A DNA stretch of 64,000 bases from Candidatus Tayloriibacteriota bacterium (GTDB lineage Bacteria; Patescibacteriota; Minisyncoccia; Phycocordibacterales; PALSA-1337). Shown in pieces: positions 35,902 through 46,803 of the stretch (positions are counted from its first letter, which is position 1; every line of letters starts with the position of its first letter). A model generated the notes under the pieces. The model had not been told where the DNA came from. It did not search any database and saw only the letters and a list, made by a program, of their open reading frames with translations. The stretch covers positions 6,703 through 70,702 of the forward strand of contig CAIMDI010000010.1 in NCBI GenBank assembly GCA_903839695.1. The letters run 5' to 3'. Made by a program: the position numbers and the translations under genes.

Positions 35902-37800
35902 ATGATAACTATCTTTTTTTTAATTGTAATTATTTTTGTAATAATTTTCTTTAATAGCAAAATTTCTACATTAGAGGAAAAGGTTGATTCACTTATAAAT
36001 AAATACAATTCTACAAAAGTAAATCAAAGCGTGGCTACGCCCGTAGTACCTTCTATGGCACAGAGTTCTATTTATGGAATCCCCACGACCACGACAGCGC
36101 CCACACCAATACCTGTACCTATGCCTATTGCTGATAATATATCTAAAACTTCAGGAGAAGAACAAAGTGGTAAAATGCTGGGAAAGATTGGAGTTGCTGC
36201 TATTTTGTTGGCTGGTGCATTCTTCCTAAAGGATGTTCCAGATGAAGGTAAAGTTGGTATTGGCATATTAGTTGGGCTTGTTTTTATTGGCTTAGGATAT
36301 TTTTTGAAAACTAAATATAGAGGATACGCACATTTACTTATGGGTGGAGGAATTTCTGTTTTGTATTTATCGATTTTTGCAGCCACCACTTTATTTAAAA
36401 TGATAAATCCTCAATTCGGTTTCTTTTTGATGATATTTATTACAGCTGTGGCAGTAATTATTAGTCTTGTTGAGGATTCAAAAAAACTTGCTGTTCTCTC
36501 AGCTTTAGGTGGTTTTGTTACTCCTATACTTATAACTACAGTAATGGCCGATTATACTTTATTGCTTAGTTATTTATTGATTTTAGATATAGGCATACTT
36601 GTTATTTCAGCAAAGAAAAAGTGGAATATTTTATATCACACAGGTTTCTGGGGTACAGTACTTATATATTCTGTATGGCATATTGCCAATTATAATTTAG
36701 AAATAATGTATAGTGTGCTATTTTTCCTAACCGCATACTTTATTGTGTTTTTACTTTCAAGTATATTTCATCATTTTATTAGAAAGGAGAAATCTAGTCC
36801 TTCTGATGCTTTGGCAATAAGTTTAAACGCTGGAATGTATTTTATGATGGGTTATAACATTCTATTTCCAACATACCATGATAATTTGGGTTATTTTGCT
36901 CTTGTTTTAGCTGTTGTTTATGCAATTACAGCCAATTTGTCATTTAATGTGATGAGAGATGATAAAATATTAAATTACTTCCTCACTGGAATATCCGTGG
37001 TTTTCCTTTCTATAGCCGTTCCATTACAATTCTCAAATGAATGGATAACTTTAGCTTGGTTAATGGAGGCATTGATTCTGTATATCATTTCATTTAGTTT
37101 GGGGCATAAAGCATTAAGAGTTTTTGCTGGTGTAGTATTTTCTTTAGGAATTATTAGAGTGTTATTCTATGATGGTATTTTGAATTATGCTTATACCAAT
37201 ATTAATACACATGCATTTGTGAACTTCGGTTTCGTATTGTTAATGATTTCAGTGATGATTGCTTATGTCGTACAATATTTATATCACAAATTTGATAATG
37301 TAGAAGACTTGAGTGTTAAAAAAATAATAATGTATTTCGTGCTTACTGCAAATATTCTTACGGTTGTTGGTATTACTTCACAAATATACTTATATTATGA
37401 AAATAGCACTCTGATTTTATCTAGAGACTATGAAGCTAAAGTTAAAGTTATCAATAATAGCGGTGGTGATGAATATTCTCAGGATAAAAATGATATATTA
37501 AATCAAAATTATGCAACTATGTATAAAAGTGTTACAGATTTGAATAATCAAAGAAATACAGTGGTTTCAGTATTTTGGATCATTTACGCTGTTATTCTAA
37601 TAGGAATAGGCTTCTCAAATAAAGTAAAATTACTAAGAATTCTAGGATTAGCATTCTTTGTTATAATAGCTGTAAAGATTTTCTTCGATGTATGGGGATT
37701 AGGTACTCAATACAGAGTTATATCATTGGTTGTGTTTGGAGTAGTGGCATTGCTTGCATCATTTGGTTACGCAAAATATAAAGATAAAATAATAAATTAA
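35902..37800 (+). CDS. polytopic membrane protein (DUF2339-like architecture)
   Basis: N-terminal TM, then a short coiled-coil and P/T-rich linker, then more than 12 predicted TM helices. The family assignment is from recall only. Confidence 0.45.
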   Translation: MITIFFLIVIIFVIIFFNSKISTLEEKVDSLINKYNSTKVNQSVATPVVPSMAQSSIYGIPTTTTAPTPIPVPMPIADNISKTSGEEQSGKMLGKIGVAAILLAGAFFLKDVPDEGKVGIGILVGLVFIGLGYFLKTKYRGYAHLLMGGGISVLYLSIFAATTLFKMINPQFGFFLMIFITAVAVIISLVEDSKKLAVLSALGGFVTPILITTVMADYTLLLSYLLILDIGILVISAKKKWNILYHTGFWGTVLIYSVWHIANYNLEIMYSVLFFLTAYFIVFLLSSIFHHFIRKEKSSPSDALAISLNAGMYFMMGYNILFPTYHDNLGYFALVLAVVYAITANLSFNVMRDDKILNYFLTGISVVFLSIAVPLQFSNEWITLAWLMEALILYIISFSLGHKALRVFAGVVFSLGIIRVLFYDGILNYAYTNINTHAFVNFGFVLLMISVMIAYVVQYLYHKFDNVEDLSVKKIIMYFVLTANILTVVGITSQIYLYYENSTLILSRDYEAKVKVINNSGGDEYSQDKNDILNQNYATMYKSVTDLNNQRNTVVSVFWIIYAVILIGIGFSNKVKLLRILGLAFFVIIAVKIFFDVWGLGTQYRVISLVVFGVVALLASFGYAKYKDKIIN

Positions 37801-39087
37801 ATGAAAAAAACATTTCTAATTGCAATAGTATTCTTTCTATCAATCAGTATCACTTATGCAGAATTCAATATTTCAAATTGGAAATATTTTAAAAGCATGT
37901 CTGTGCCCACTGATTTAAATTCAACTTATTCCAAGAAAATTATTGATAATGACATTTACTCTCATTCTAATTTGCAGGATTTAAGAATTATTGATTCAAA
38001 TAAAGCTGAAATTCCATACAAAATAGTAGAAGAGAAAGATATTAATTATCAAAAAAATATTTATGCAGATGTTTTTGACTCCTCAGTGTCTGGCAATCAA
38101 TCGATGGCAATATTTGATACTAAAATAGACTCAAACAAGGCAAATTCCTTACATTCATCAATAACCCTATCTTTAATTGGAAAAAATTATAAAAGAAAAG
38201 TATCTATTTTTGCTTCAGATAAGAAAATTGCTCACGGTGATGCTGGCTGGAGATTAATAAATTCAAATGGTTATATTTTCAATTTCTATGACTCTGTGAC
38301 TGGATTTAACTCTGGAAATAAGACAATAAACTATTCAAAGACTACTGCAAGATATATTAGAGTGCTCATTTCCGATGGAGAAGGTGAGTTACCGCAGATA
38401 AATGGAGCAAATGTGGCTGAAAACTTAACAAATACAGCTAAAATTGAAAGTGATGAATATCCATTAATAATAAAAAATAATTTATTAAATAAAACAACCG
38501 AGCTAACAGTTGATTTGAAGGCTGATAGAATACCTGCAAGTAAAATAATACTTTCAACATCTGATAAAAACTGGAATAGACATGCTGTTTTAGAAACTTC
38601 AAATACAGAAAATGGTCCTTGGACAATGATTGCTGAGGATTATTTGTATTCAATAAATCAAACTCTATATACAGGAACTAAGACCTTTATTGATTTTAAT
38701 GAATCAAAAAGCAGGTTTTTAAGAATTGTAGTTTCAAATTATGATAATGCACCGGTTAATTTTGATTCTAAAATTGCTGTTTTGAGAAATCAGAAATCTA
38801 TTGTGTACAAAGCTACTGATTATCCATCAAAACTATATTACGGAAATGATAAAGCAATTAGTCCTCAATATGATATTGAAAAATTACTTTCATATACTGA
38901 TCAAAATGAAATGATAAGTACAAAGTTAGGGCCAGAAGAAATAAATGCTGATTATATTGCACCAAAAGCACCAGAAAAGACTTTTACAGAAAAGTATCCA
39001 CAAGCATTAAATATTATTCTCGTAATTATGGTGCTTTTGTTAGCTGGCTTCATGTTTATGACTGTTAGAGGTGCAAAAAGTAAATAG
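37801..39087 (+). CDS. secreted protein with a C-terminal TM anchor (DUF3999-like)
   Basis: Signal peptide MKKTFLIAIVFFLSISITYA. C-terminal ILVIMVLLLAGFMFMTV. The start abuts the previous stop (TAAATG). Family assignment is tentative. Confidence 0.4.
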   Translation: MKKTFLIAIVFFLSISITYAEFNISNWKYFKSMSVPTDLNSTYSKKIIDNDIYSHSNLQDLRIIDSNKAEIPYKIVEEKDINYQKNIYADVFDSSVSGNQSMAIFDTKIDSNKANSLHSSITLSLIGKNYKRKVSIFASDKKIAHGDAGWRLINSNGYIFNFYDSVTGFNSGNKTINYSKTTARYIRVLISDGEGELPQINGANVAENLTNTAKIESDEYPLIIKNNLLNKTTELTVDLKADRIPASKIILSTSDKNWNRHAVLETSNTENGPWTMIAEDYLYSINQTLYTGTKTFIDFNESKSRFLRIVVSNYDNAPVNFDSKIAVLRNQKSIVYKATDYPSKLYYGNDKAISPQYDIEKLLSYTDQNEMISTKLGPEEINADYIAPKAPEKTFTEKYPQALNIILVIMVLLLAGFMFMTVRGAKSK

Positions 39088-39232
39088 TGTCGGCTATTGA
39101 CTATTTTTCACATTCTGATAAGCTCATAACCAACTTCATCGATTGTGTTGCGACTAAATAATGAAGGATTACAAGGCTTTAAATTGATCCTTATTTTGCA
39201 ACTACTACTTACTACACTATTTTAGTAGCTAG

Positions 39233-39260
39233 AACGCCCTTTACAGGCGTTATTTTTCGT
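39233..39260 (+). terminator. hairpin AACGCC-N7-GGCGTT plus T-run in the rpoB leader (terminator or attenuator)
   Basis: Perfect 6-bp stem followed by ATTTTTCGTTGTTT, ~45 nt upstream of the rpoB ATG. Confidence 0.45.
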
Positions 39261-39300
39261 TGTTTAAATTGAGGAATATTATTAATAATAAATAATTTTT

Positions 39301-42300
39301 ATGCATATAACCAAGAAATATTTCAGTAGATTTAAGGAACCGTTGACGACTATGCCAAATTTGGTTGAATCCCAAATAGTTTCATTTGATGCATTCATAA
39401 AGAATGGCATTGGTGAAGTTTTGAAGGAGTTTTCTCCTATTGAGGATTATGCAAAAAAGAAGTTTGAATTGTCTTTTACAGATTTTGAACTTTCTAAACC
39501 AAAATATGATGAGCATTACGCAAAAAGTAATAAGCTTTCATATGAAGGACAAATAAAGGTAAAAGTTAAATTAAAGAACAAGCTTCTTGATGCTGTAAAG
39601 GAACAAGAAATGTTTCTTGCCGATTTACCTTTGATGACAGATCACGGAACATTCATTATAAATGGTATTGAGAGAGTTATAGTTCCTCAGCTTGCACGTT
39701 CATTCGGTATATTTTTTACAGCAAATGAATTAAAGGGAAAGACATTTTTCGGAGCAAAGGTAATACCAGCTCGTGGAGTATGGATGGAAATAGAGTCTGA
39801 TTCTGATGGAACTATATATACTCGTATAGACAGAAAGAGAAAGTTTCCTATTACATCTCTACTTAGAATTCTTGGTTTAAAGACAAATGAAGAAATCCTT
39901 ACAGCTTTTAAGGGTAATGAATTGTCAAAAAAGGTTATTGAAACAACATTGGCAAAGGATCATGCAAAGACAGTTGACGATGCTTATGTTGAAATACACA
40001 AAAGACTTAGAGATGGTGATTTAGCTACAGCAGATAATGCAAGAGAATTTCTTGGAAGTATATTTAACCCTGAACGATACGACATAAATCGTGTTGGTCG
40101 TTTCCGTTTTAACAAGCGTTTTAACAAATCAATGGATGAAAAGGATCTTGAAAGAAGAACTATTTCTTCAGATGATATTGTAACTATTATAAATCACGTT
40201 GTTGAGCTAAATAACACACCAGAAGCAGTAGAAGATGATATTGATCACTTAGGATCAAGACGTGTTAGATATGTTGGAGAATTACTTCAACAAAAACTAC
40301 GTGTTGGTATGACACAAATGAAGAGAAATATTCAGGATAAAATGTCTACAGTGGAACCAGATGTCACACTTCCTGTAAATTTCGTATTTCCAAGACCATT
40401 GCAAGCTCGTATAAAGGAATTCTTCACAACAAATCAGCTATCACAGTTTATGGGACAGGAAAATGTTCTTTCTGAAATTGAAAATCTTAGAAAGCTAACA
40501 GCACTTGGACCCGGAGGACTTACTCGAGAAAGAGCAGGATTCGAAGTTCGCGATGTTCACCCATCACATTACGGAAGAATTTGTCCTATTCACACACCTG
40601 AAGGTCCAAACATTGGTCTTATCCTTAACCTTGCAACATACGCTAGAATAAATGATTTTGGAATGATTGAGACTCCATATGCAAAAGTAAAAAATGGAAA
40701 GGTAACAAAGGACATTGTATATTTGAACGCTCTTGAAGAAGAAGGATTTAGAATTGCTCACGGTGCTATTCCTTATGACAAATCTGGAACTATTACATCA
40801 AATGAGGTTGAAGTTCGTATAAATGGAAAGCCAGGTCTAGCAAAAGCAGCTGAAGTTGACTATATAGATGTATCAACAAATCAAGCTTTTTCTATTGCCA
40901 CTTCTCTTATTCCATTCCTAAATCATGACGATGCAAACCGTGCACTCATGGGATCTAACATGCAAAAGCAGGCTACTCCTTGTCTTATTCCAGAAGCTCC
41001 ATTGGTTGCTACAGGTATTGAAAAGCAAGCAGTTATAGATACAGGAAGAATTGTCTTGGCACCAGAGGATGGTGAGATTGTTTATGTTGATTCAAAGAAA
41101 GTCGTATTTGAAGGTAAGAAAGTTGGAAAAAAAGAATACAATCTAATTCATTTCTCAAGAACAAATGGATTCACAGCTTTTCATCAAAGACCTATAGTAA
41201 GTCTAGGTGATAAAGTAAAGAAAGGAGATGTTCTCGTAGATACATCAACATCAGATAATGGTGAGATTGCCCTTGGACAAAATATGCTTGTAGCATTTAT
41301 GTCATGGTCAGGAAATAACTATGAGGATGCCATTATACTTTCAGAAAGAGTTGTTAAAAACAGTAAATTCAGTTCTATAAACATAGAAGAGTTTGTAGTA
41401 AATGTTCGCGATACAAAACTAGGTCCTGAAGTTACTACTTGTGATATTCCAAATGTTGGAGAAGCTAAACTAAAAAATCTAGCAGAGGACGGAATAGTAA
41501 GAATCGGAGCAGAAGTACGTCCTGGAGATATTCTTGTTGGAAAAATTTCACCTAGAGGTGAAACTCAGCTTACACCAGAAGAAAGACTATTGAGATCAAT
41601 CTTTGGAGAAAAGGCTCGTGATGTTAAAGATACATCAAAGAGAATGGAAGGAGGAAAGAGAGGTCGTGTTATTTCAGTAAAAATCTTTTCTAGAGAGAAA
41701 GGAGATAAGCTTGAATCTGGAATTATAAAAAGAATATATATAGAAGTTGCAGAATTAAGAAATGTTTCTGTTGGAGACAAACTAGCTGGACGTCACGGAA
41801 ACAAAGGAGTTATTTCAAGAATTCTTCCTGAAGAAGATATGCCATACATGGAAGATGGAACACCTGTTGATGTTATTTTGACTCCATTAGGTGTGCCTTC
41901 ACGTATGAACTTAGGACAGATACTTGAACTTCACTTAGGTCTCGCTGCACATACTTTAGGTTATCAAGCCATTGTTCCTCCTTTTACAGGAGCTACTGAT
42001 GTTGAGATAAAAGAAGAGCTTGTGAAAGCTGGATTTGATGCAAGTGGAAAAATGAAATTACGAGACGGAAGAACAGGAGAGCATTTTGATCAGCCAATTG
42101 CAGTTGGATATATGTATATCTTGAAACTTCATCACATGGTTGAAGATAAGATACACATGCGTTCTATTGGACCTTATTCTCTTATCACTCAGCAACCACT
42201 TGGAGGAAAAGCACAAGGTGGAGGACAGAGATTCGGAGAAATGGAAGTCTGGGCATTACTTGGTCACGGTGCCGCTTACACATTGCGTGAAATTCTAACT

Positions 42301-42477
42301 ATAAAGTCTGATGATATACAAGGTCGTTCTCAGGCATTTGATTCTATTGTTAAGGGTGAGCCATTGAAGCAACCAAACCTACCTGCATCATTCAATGTGC
42401 TTCTAAAATCACTACGTGGTTTAGCACTAGATGTTGAATTGATTAAAAAGGGTCGTGATGAGGAAGAAACAGAATAA
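39301..42477 (+). CDS. rpoB: DNA-directed RNA polymerase beta subunit
   Basis: MPNLVESQIVSFDAF, ..GRFRFNKRF.., ..NMQKQATP.., GDKLAGRHGNKGV, GGQRFGEMEVWAL. Confidence 0.95.
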   Translation: MHITKKYFSRFKEPLTTMPNLVESQIVSFDAFIKNGIGEVLKEFSPIEDYAKKKFELSFTDFELSKPKYDEHYAKSNKLSYEGQIKVKVKLKNKLLDAVKEQEMFLADLPLMTDHGTFIINGIERVIVPQLARSFGIFFTANELKGKTFFGAKVIPARGVWMEIESDSDGTIYTRIDRKRKFPITSLLRILGLKTNEEILTAFKGNELSKKVIETTLAKDHAKTVDDAYVEIHKRLRDGDLATADNAREFLGSIFNPERYDINRVGRFRFNKRFNKSMDEKDLERRTISSDDIVTIINHVVELNNTPEAVEDDIDHLGSRRVRYVGELLQQKLRVGMTQMKRNIQDKMSTVEPDVTLPVNFVFPRPLQARIKEFFTTNQLSQFMGQENVLSEIENLRKLTALGPGGLTRERAGFEVRDVHPSHYGRICPIHTPEGPNIGLILNLATYARINDFGMIETPYAKVKNGKVTKDIVYLNALEEEGFRIAHGAIPYDKSGTITSNEVEVRINGKPGLAKAAEVDYIDVSTNQAFSIATSLIPFLNHDDANRALMGSNMQKQATPCLIPEAPLVATGIEKQAVIDTGRIVLAPEDGEIVYVDSKKVVFEGKKVGKKEYNLIHFSRTNGFTAFHQRPIVSLGDKVKKGDVLVDTSTSDNGEIALGQNMLVAFMSWSGNNYEDAIILSERVVKNSKFSSINIEEFVVNVRDTKLGPEVTTCDIPNVGEAKLKNLAEDGIVRIGAEVRPGDILVGKISPRGETQLTPEERLLRSIFGEKARDVKDTSKRMEGGKRGRVISVKIFSREKGDKLESGIIKRIYIEVAELRNVSVGDKLAGRHGNKGVISRILPEEDMPYMEDGTPVDVILTPLGVPSRMNLGQILELHLGLAAHTLGYQAIVPPFTGATDVEIKEELVKAGFDASGKMKLRDGRTGEHFDQPIAVGYMYILKLHHMVEDKIHMRSIGPYSLITQQPLGGKAQGGGQRFGEMEVWALLGHGAAYTLREILTIKSDDIQGRSQAFDSIVKGEPLKQPNLPASFNVLLKSLRGLALDVELIKKGRDEEETE

Positions 42478-42516
42478 TAATTATCATCAAGATCATAAAT
42501 AATTAATATAAAAACT

Positions 42517-45500
42517 ATGGAAAAAAATAATATGTATAAAAGACAAAATGACCCAACAGACTTCGATGCAGTGAAGCTTGGTGTCGCTTCGCCTGAGAAA
42601 ATCTTGGAATGGTCTTTTGGTGAAATTACAAAGCCTGAGACTATTAACTACAGAACTCAAAGATCTGAAAAGAATGGACTTTTTGATGAGAAAATATTCG
42701 GTCCTGATCGTGATTATGAATGTTATTGCGGAAAGTATCGTGGAATAAGATACAAGGGAATTGTTTGTGAAAAATGTGGAGTTGAAATCACACGCTCTAT
42801 TGTTCGTCGAGAAAGAATGGGACATATAGAACTAGCTACTCCTGTTTCTCATATTTGGTTCCTACGATCAATGCCTTCTCGTATTGGTTTGGTTCTTGGT
42901 ATGACAACTTCTGATTTAGAAAAGGTTGTTTATTTCGCTGGATATATTGTCACCAAAATTCATCAAGGAGAAAAAGATGCTTTCTTGAAAGAGCTTGAAT
43001 CTGAATTCAAAACTAAAGTTAAAGCTGCTCAAGATGAAAAAACAAAAGATGCTCTAAAGGAGCTTGTACTTACAGCTCGAAGAGAAATAGAAAGTCTTGT
43101 GCCTGGATTTGTTATGGATGAAGTTCAATATCACAAGTACTCAATGAAATATGGTTCATTATTTGAGGCTGGTATTGGTGCTGAAGCTATATTTGATATT
43201 CTAAAGAAAACAGATATGGGCAAACTCCTTGCATCTCTTGAAGGGGAATTTGAGGGAGCAAGTACACTTGAAAAAGAAAAATTATCAAAAAGAATTTCTC
43301 TTATCAAGTCAATGATAAAGTCAGAAACAAGACCAGAATGGATGTTTCTAACAAGAATTCCAGTTATTCCACCAGCACTTAGACCAATGGTTGCTCTTGA
43401 TGGTGGTCGTTATGCTACATCAGATGTAAATGACCTTTACAGAAGAGTAATAAATCGAAACAATCGTTTACTTAAATTAAAAGAAATTGAAGCACCAGAT
43501 GTTATTTTAAGAAATGAAAAAAGAATTCTACAAGAAGCAGTAGATGTACTTATAGATAATTCTATTCGTCACGGTGCAGCAACAGGAGCTGCAGCTATAC
43601 AAGCTCAAAAGCGTGCTCTTAAATCATTGTCAGATAATCTAAAGAGTAAGAGAGGATTATTTAGACAAAATCTTCTAGGAAAGCGTGTGGACTATTCAGG
43701 ACGTTCAGTAATCGTTGTCGGACCTACTTTGGCACTAGATCAATGTGGTCTTCCAAAGCACATGGCACTTGAACTTTTCAGACCATTCGTTATTTCAGGA
43801 CTATTGAAAAGGGAATTAGCTTTCAACATTAGAGGTGCGGGTAGACTTATAGACGATGGAGCAAAAGAAGTATGGGAAATTCTAGAAGAAGTTATTGCTG
43901 GTAAGTATGTTCTTCTAAATCGTGCGCCTACTCTTCATAGATTAGGTATACAAGCATTCCGTCCTACTCTTATTGAAGGAAATGCTATTCAAGTTCATCC
44001 ACTTGTTTGTACAGCATTCAACGCTGACTTCGACGGTGACCAGATGGCCGTTCACGTTCCACTTGGAGTTGAAGCGCAACTTGAAGCAAAGGAAATAATG
44101 GCAGCAGACAAGAACATTTTAAAGCCTGGAAACGGAGATCCTACAGTTGTAGCTAAGCTTCTAGATATTGTTCTTGGTTGTTTTTGGATAACAAAAACAG
44201 TTGATGGCGACAATGGTGAAGGAAAAATATTTGAAAGTCCAGAAGCCGCATTAACTGCTCACAATTATGACGCAGTAACTTACAGAGCAAAAATAAAAGT
44301 TCTACCAAGAGATGACAAAAAATACGCCCAATTTGAAGGTAAACTTTTTGAAACTACAGTTGGACGTATTCTATTCAACGATATTCTTCCTTGTGATTAT
44401 CCTTTTATTAACAAGGAAATCGATAGAAAGAAATTGTCAGGTATTATGGACGATTTGATTATTAGTCATGATATGAAAGATATTCCTATCATTCTTGATC
44501 AAATTAAAACTTTTGGATTCAAATACGCTACACATTCAGGAACTACATGGGGTATTGATGATGTTATTATTCCAAATGGTAAAGCAGAAGTTATAACAAA
44601 GGCAAAAGCAAGTTCAGATTTAGTAATGGAGCAATTCAATGAGGGATTACTTACAGAAGAAGAGAGACTTAGAAAAAATATTGAAATTTGGCATAGTGCA
44701 AAGGGACAAGTTGAAAAACTTATTCCAAGTTCATTAAATAAAATGGGATCAGTTTACGATATGGTTACATCTGGAGCCAGAGGTTCTCTTTCTCAGATTA
44801 CACAAATGGCCGGAATGAAAGGATTGATCGCTTCTGGATCTGGAGCAACAATTGAATTCCCAATTATATCTTGTTCAAAAGAAGGTTTGACTCCTATTGA
44901 GTATTTCATTACTACTCACGGTTCAAGAAAAGGTCTTACAGACACAGCCCTAAATACAGCAAAAGCAGGTTATCTTACAAGAAAATTATTCGTTGTTGCA
45001 CAAGACGTTATGGTTAACGAAGATGATTGTGGTACAAAGGATTCTATTATTGTAAAAAAGCAAACAGCCTCAGGAATAAATATTCCATTGTCAAAGAATA
45101 TTAGAGGACGTGTGCTAGCAGAAGATTTGCACGCCGCAGACGGAAGTGTTCTATTCAAAAAGAATCACTTATTGTCAAAATTAGAAGCAGTTAAAATAGA
45201 AGAGGCAGATATAGCTGCGGTTCGTGTGCGCTCACCACTTTCATGTAAAAGTGTAAGAGGTGTATGTGCTCAATGTTACGGAGTTGATTTAGGAAGAAAT
45301 AAGCTTGTAGAATTGGGAGAGGCAGTAGGTACAGTTGCTGGACAAGCTATCGGAGAGCCAGGAACACAGTTGACTATGCGTACATTCCACGCCGGAGGTA
45401 CAGCGTCAGTTGGTGGAGATATTACTCAAGGTCTTCCTCGCGTTGAAGAAATCTTTGAAAAACGACGTCCAAAAAATCCTGCAGTTGTTTCTGCAGTTAG

Positions 45501-46197
45501 TGGAACAGTTACAGAAGTTAAAGATCTTGGTAAAGAGAAAGTAATCAAGATAATGCCAGAATTAGAAGATAGAGCAAAGGGTAATAAGCCAAGTGAAGTT
45601 GAATACCTTTTCAATTCTAAGCGTATGTCTTTTGTTAAAATGGGAGATAAAGTAAATAAAGGAGACTTAATAACTGACGGATCTGCCGATATTGATGAAG
45701 TCTTTGAATTCGGTGGAGCAGAAAAAGCAAAGGATTATGTTATTAGTGAAGTTGGAAAGATTTATGAATTACAAGGAGAAACAGTAGCAAGAAAGCATAT
45801 TGAAATAATAGTAAAGCAAATGTTTTCAAGAAGAAAAGTTACTGAAGCTGGTAATACAAACTTTGCAGAGGGAATGATTGTTGATGATATATATCTAAAA
45901 GAAGAAAATGATAAAGCAAAGGAGACAAATGGATCATTGGCAAAGGTAGAAGCAGTTGTTATGGGAATAACAGAAGTATCTCTATCTAGAAAGAGTTTCC
46001 TTTCTGCGGCATCATTCCAACACACAACTCGTGTACTCATAAATAGTGCAGTTAGAGGAAGTGAAGATGATCTAATAGGTCTAATGGAGAACGTTATCAT
46101 AGGTCGCTTGATTCCAGCAGGTTCAGGATTTGCAGGAAGTCCAAAGCAAAAAATGATAGAGACAGTTCAACCAAAGGAAGAGGAATATGGGTATTAA
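42517..46197 (+). CDS. rpoC: DNA-directed RNA polymerase beta' subunit
   Basis: Zn-finger CYCGKYRGIRYKGIVCEKCG and catalytic NADFDGDQMAVH. rpoB-rpoC adjacency. Confidence 0.95.
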   Translation: MEKNNMYKRQNDPTDFDAVKLGVASPEKILEWSFGEITKPETINYRTQRSEKNGLFDEKIFGPDRDYECYCGKYRGIRYKGIVCEKCGVEITRSIVRRERMGHIELATPVSHIWFLRSMPSRIGLVLGMTTSDLEKVVYFAGYIVTKIHQGEKDAFLKELESEFKTKVKAAQDEKTKDALKELVLTARREIESLVPGFVMDEVQYHKYSMKYGSLFEAGIGAEAIFDILKKTDMGKLLASLEGEFEGASTLEKEKLSKRISLIKSMIKSETRPEWMFLTRIPVIPPALRPMVALDGGRYATSDVNDLYRRVINRNNRLLKLKEIEAPDVILRNEKRILQEAVDVLIDNSIRHGAATGAAAIQAQKRALKSLSDNLKSKRGLFRQNLLGKRVDYSGRSVIVVGPTLALDQCGLPKHMALELFRPFVISGLLKRELAFNIRGAGRLIDDGAKEVWEILEEVIAGKYVLLNRAPTLHRLGIQAFRPTLIEGNAIQVHPLVCTAFNADFDGDQMAVHVPLGVEAQLEAKEIMAADKNILKPGNGDPTVVAKLLDIVLGCFWITKTVDGDNGEGKIFESPEAALTAHNYDAVTYRAKIKVLPRDDKKYAQFEGKLFETTVGRILFNDILPCDYPFINKEIDRKKLSGIMDDLIISHDMKDIPIILDQIKTFGFKYATHSGTTWGIDDVIIPNGKAEVITKAKASSDLVMEQFNEGLLTEEERLRKNIEIWHSAKGQVEKLIPSSLNKMGSVYDMVTSGARGSLSQITQMAGMKGLIASGSGATIEFPIISCSKEGLTPIEYFITTHGSRKGLTDTALNTAKAGYLTRKLFVVAQDVMVNEDDCGTKDSIIVKKQTASGINIPLSKNIRGRVLAEDLHAADGSVLFKKNHLLSKLEAVKIEEADIAAVRVRSPLSCKSVRGVCAQCYGVDLGRNKLVELGEAVGTVAGQAIGEPGTQLTMRTFHAGGTASVGGDITQGLPRVEEIFEKRRPKNPAVVSAVSGTVTEVKDLGKEKVIKIMPELEDRAKGNKPSEVEYLFNSKRMSFVKMGDKVNKGDLITDGSADIDEVFEFGGAEKAKDYVISEVGKIYELQGETVARKHIEIIVKQMFSRRKVTEAGNTNFAEGMIVDDIYLKEENDKAKETNGSLAKVEAVVMGITEVSLSRKSFLSAASFQHTTRVLINSAVRGSEDDLIGLMENVIIGRLIPAGSGFAGSPKQKMIETVQPKEEEYGY

Positions 46198-46251
46198 TTA
46201 GTAGATAAATAGAAGGCGGGGGGATAGATAAAAGTAGGTAGTAAAAGAAAG

Positions 46252-46279
46252 AGCCCTAGAAATAGGGCTTTTTCTGTTT
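46252..46279 (+). terminator. rho-independent terminator after rpoC
   Basis: AGCCCTAgaaaTAGGGCT followed by TTTTCTGTTT. Confidence 0.6.
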
Positions 46280-46374
46280 GCGGGAGCTTACAGATCCCTT
46301 CTTTAAAATTTCTTTATAACTTCTTAATAACTTTTTGCTAAAGTGAACAAATTATTAAGATAATTGAATAATAT

Positions 46375-46803
46375 ATGAAAAAAGATTATAAAGAATGGTT
46401 TAAATTTAAACCTATAGTTAACAATATTGAGAATAATATTAGAGCTCGAACTGGCGAAATCTGGTACTGTCACTGGGGGACTAATGTTGGTTCGGAATTT
46501 GATGGCAAGGGCCAAAATAGCATAAGACCAGTTTTAATAATTAAAAAGACTAGTCCTAATACATTCTTATGTTTACCGCTAACAAGTAATGGTAAAGATT
46601 TGCCAATGTATTTTAAATTAAACTCATTTAATACAAAATCTAGTATTGTATTGGATCAGATTCGCTCAATAGATTCAAAAAGATTTTTTAGGTTCATAGA
46701 ACAAGTATCTGATAAGGAGTTAAAAAATATAATAGATAAGTTGGTTCATTATATAAAAGGCGAAACCCCGCCAAATGGCGGGGAATCTCGGCGGTCCAAC
46801 TAA
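46375..46803 (+). CDS. MazF/PemK-family type II toxin (endoribonuclease) homologue, with no antitoxin gene evident
   Basis: [27 protein letters not shown] is similar to EndoA [40 protein letters not shown] is similar to [29 protein letters not shown] is similar to LDDEMMDKVDEAL. Confidence 0.6.
   Translation: [142 protein letters not shown]
46766..46783 (+). other. perfect GC hairpin CCCCGCC-AAAT-GGCGGGG inside the 3' end of the MazF-like ORF
   Basis: 7-bp all-GC stem in a genome of ~32% GC. No U-run follows. Confidence 0.4.
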
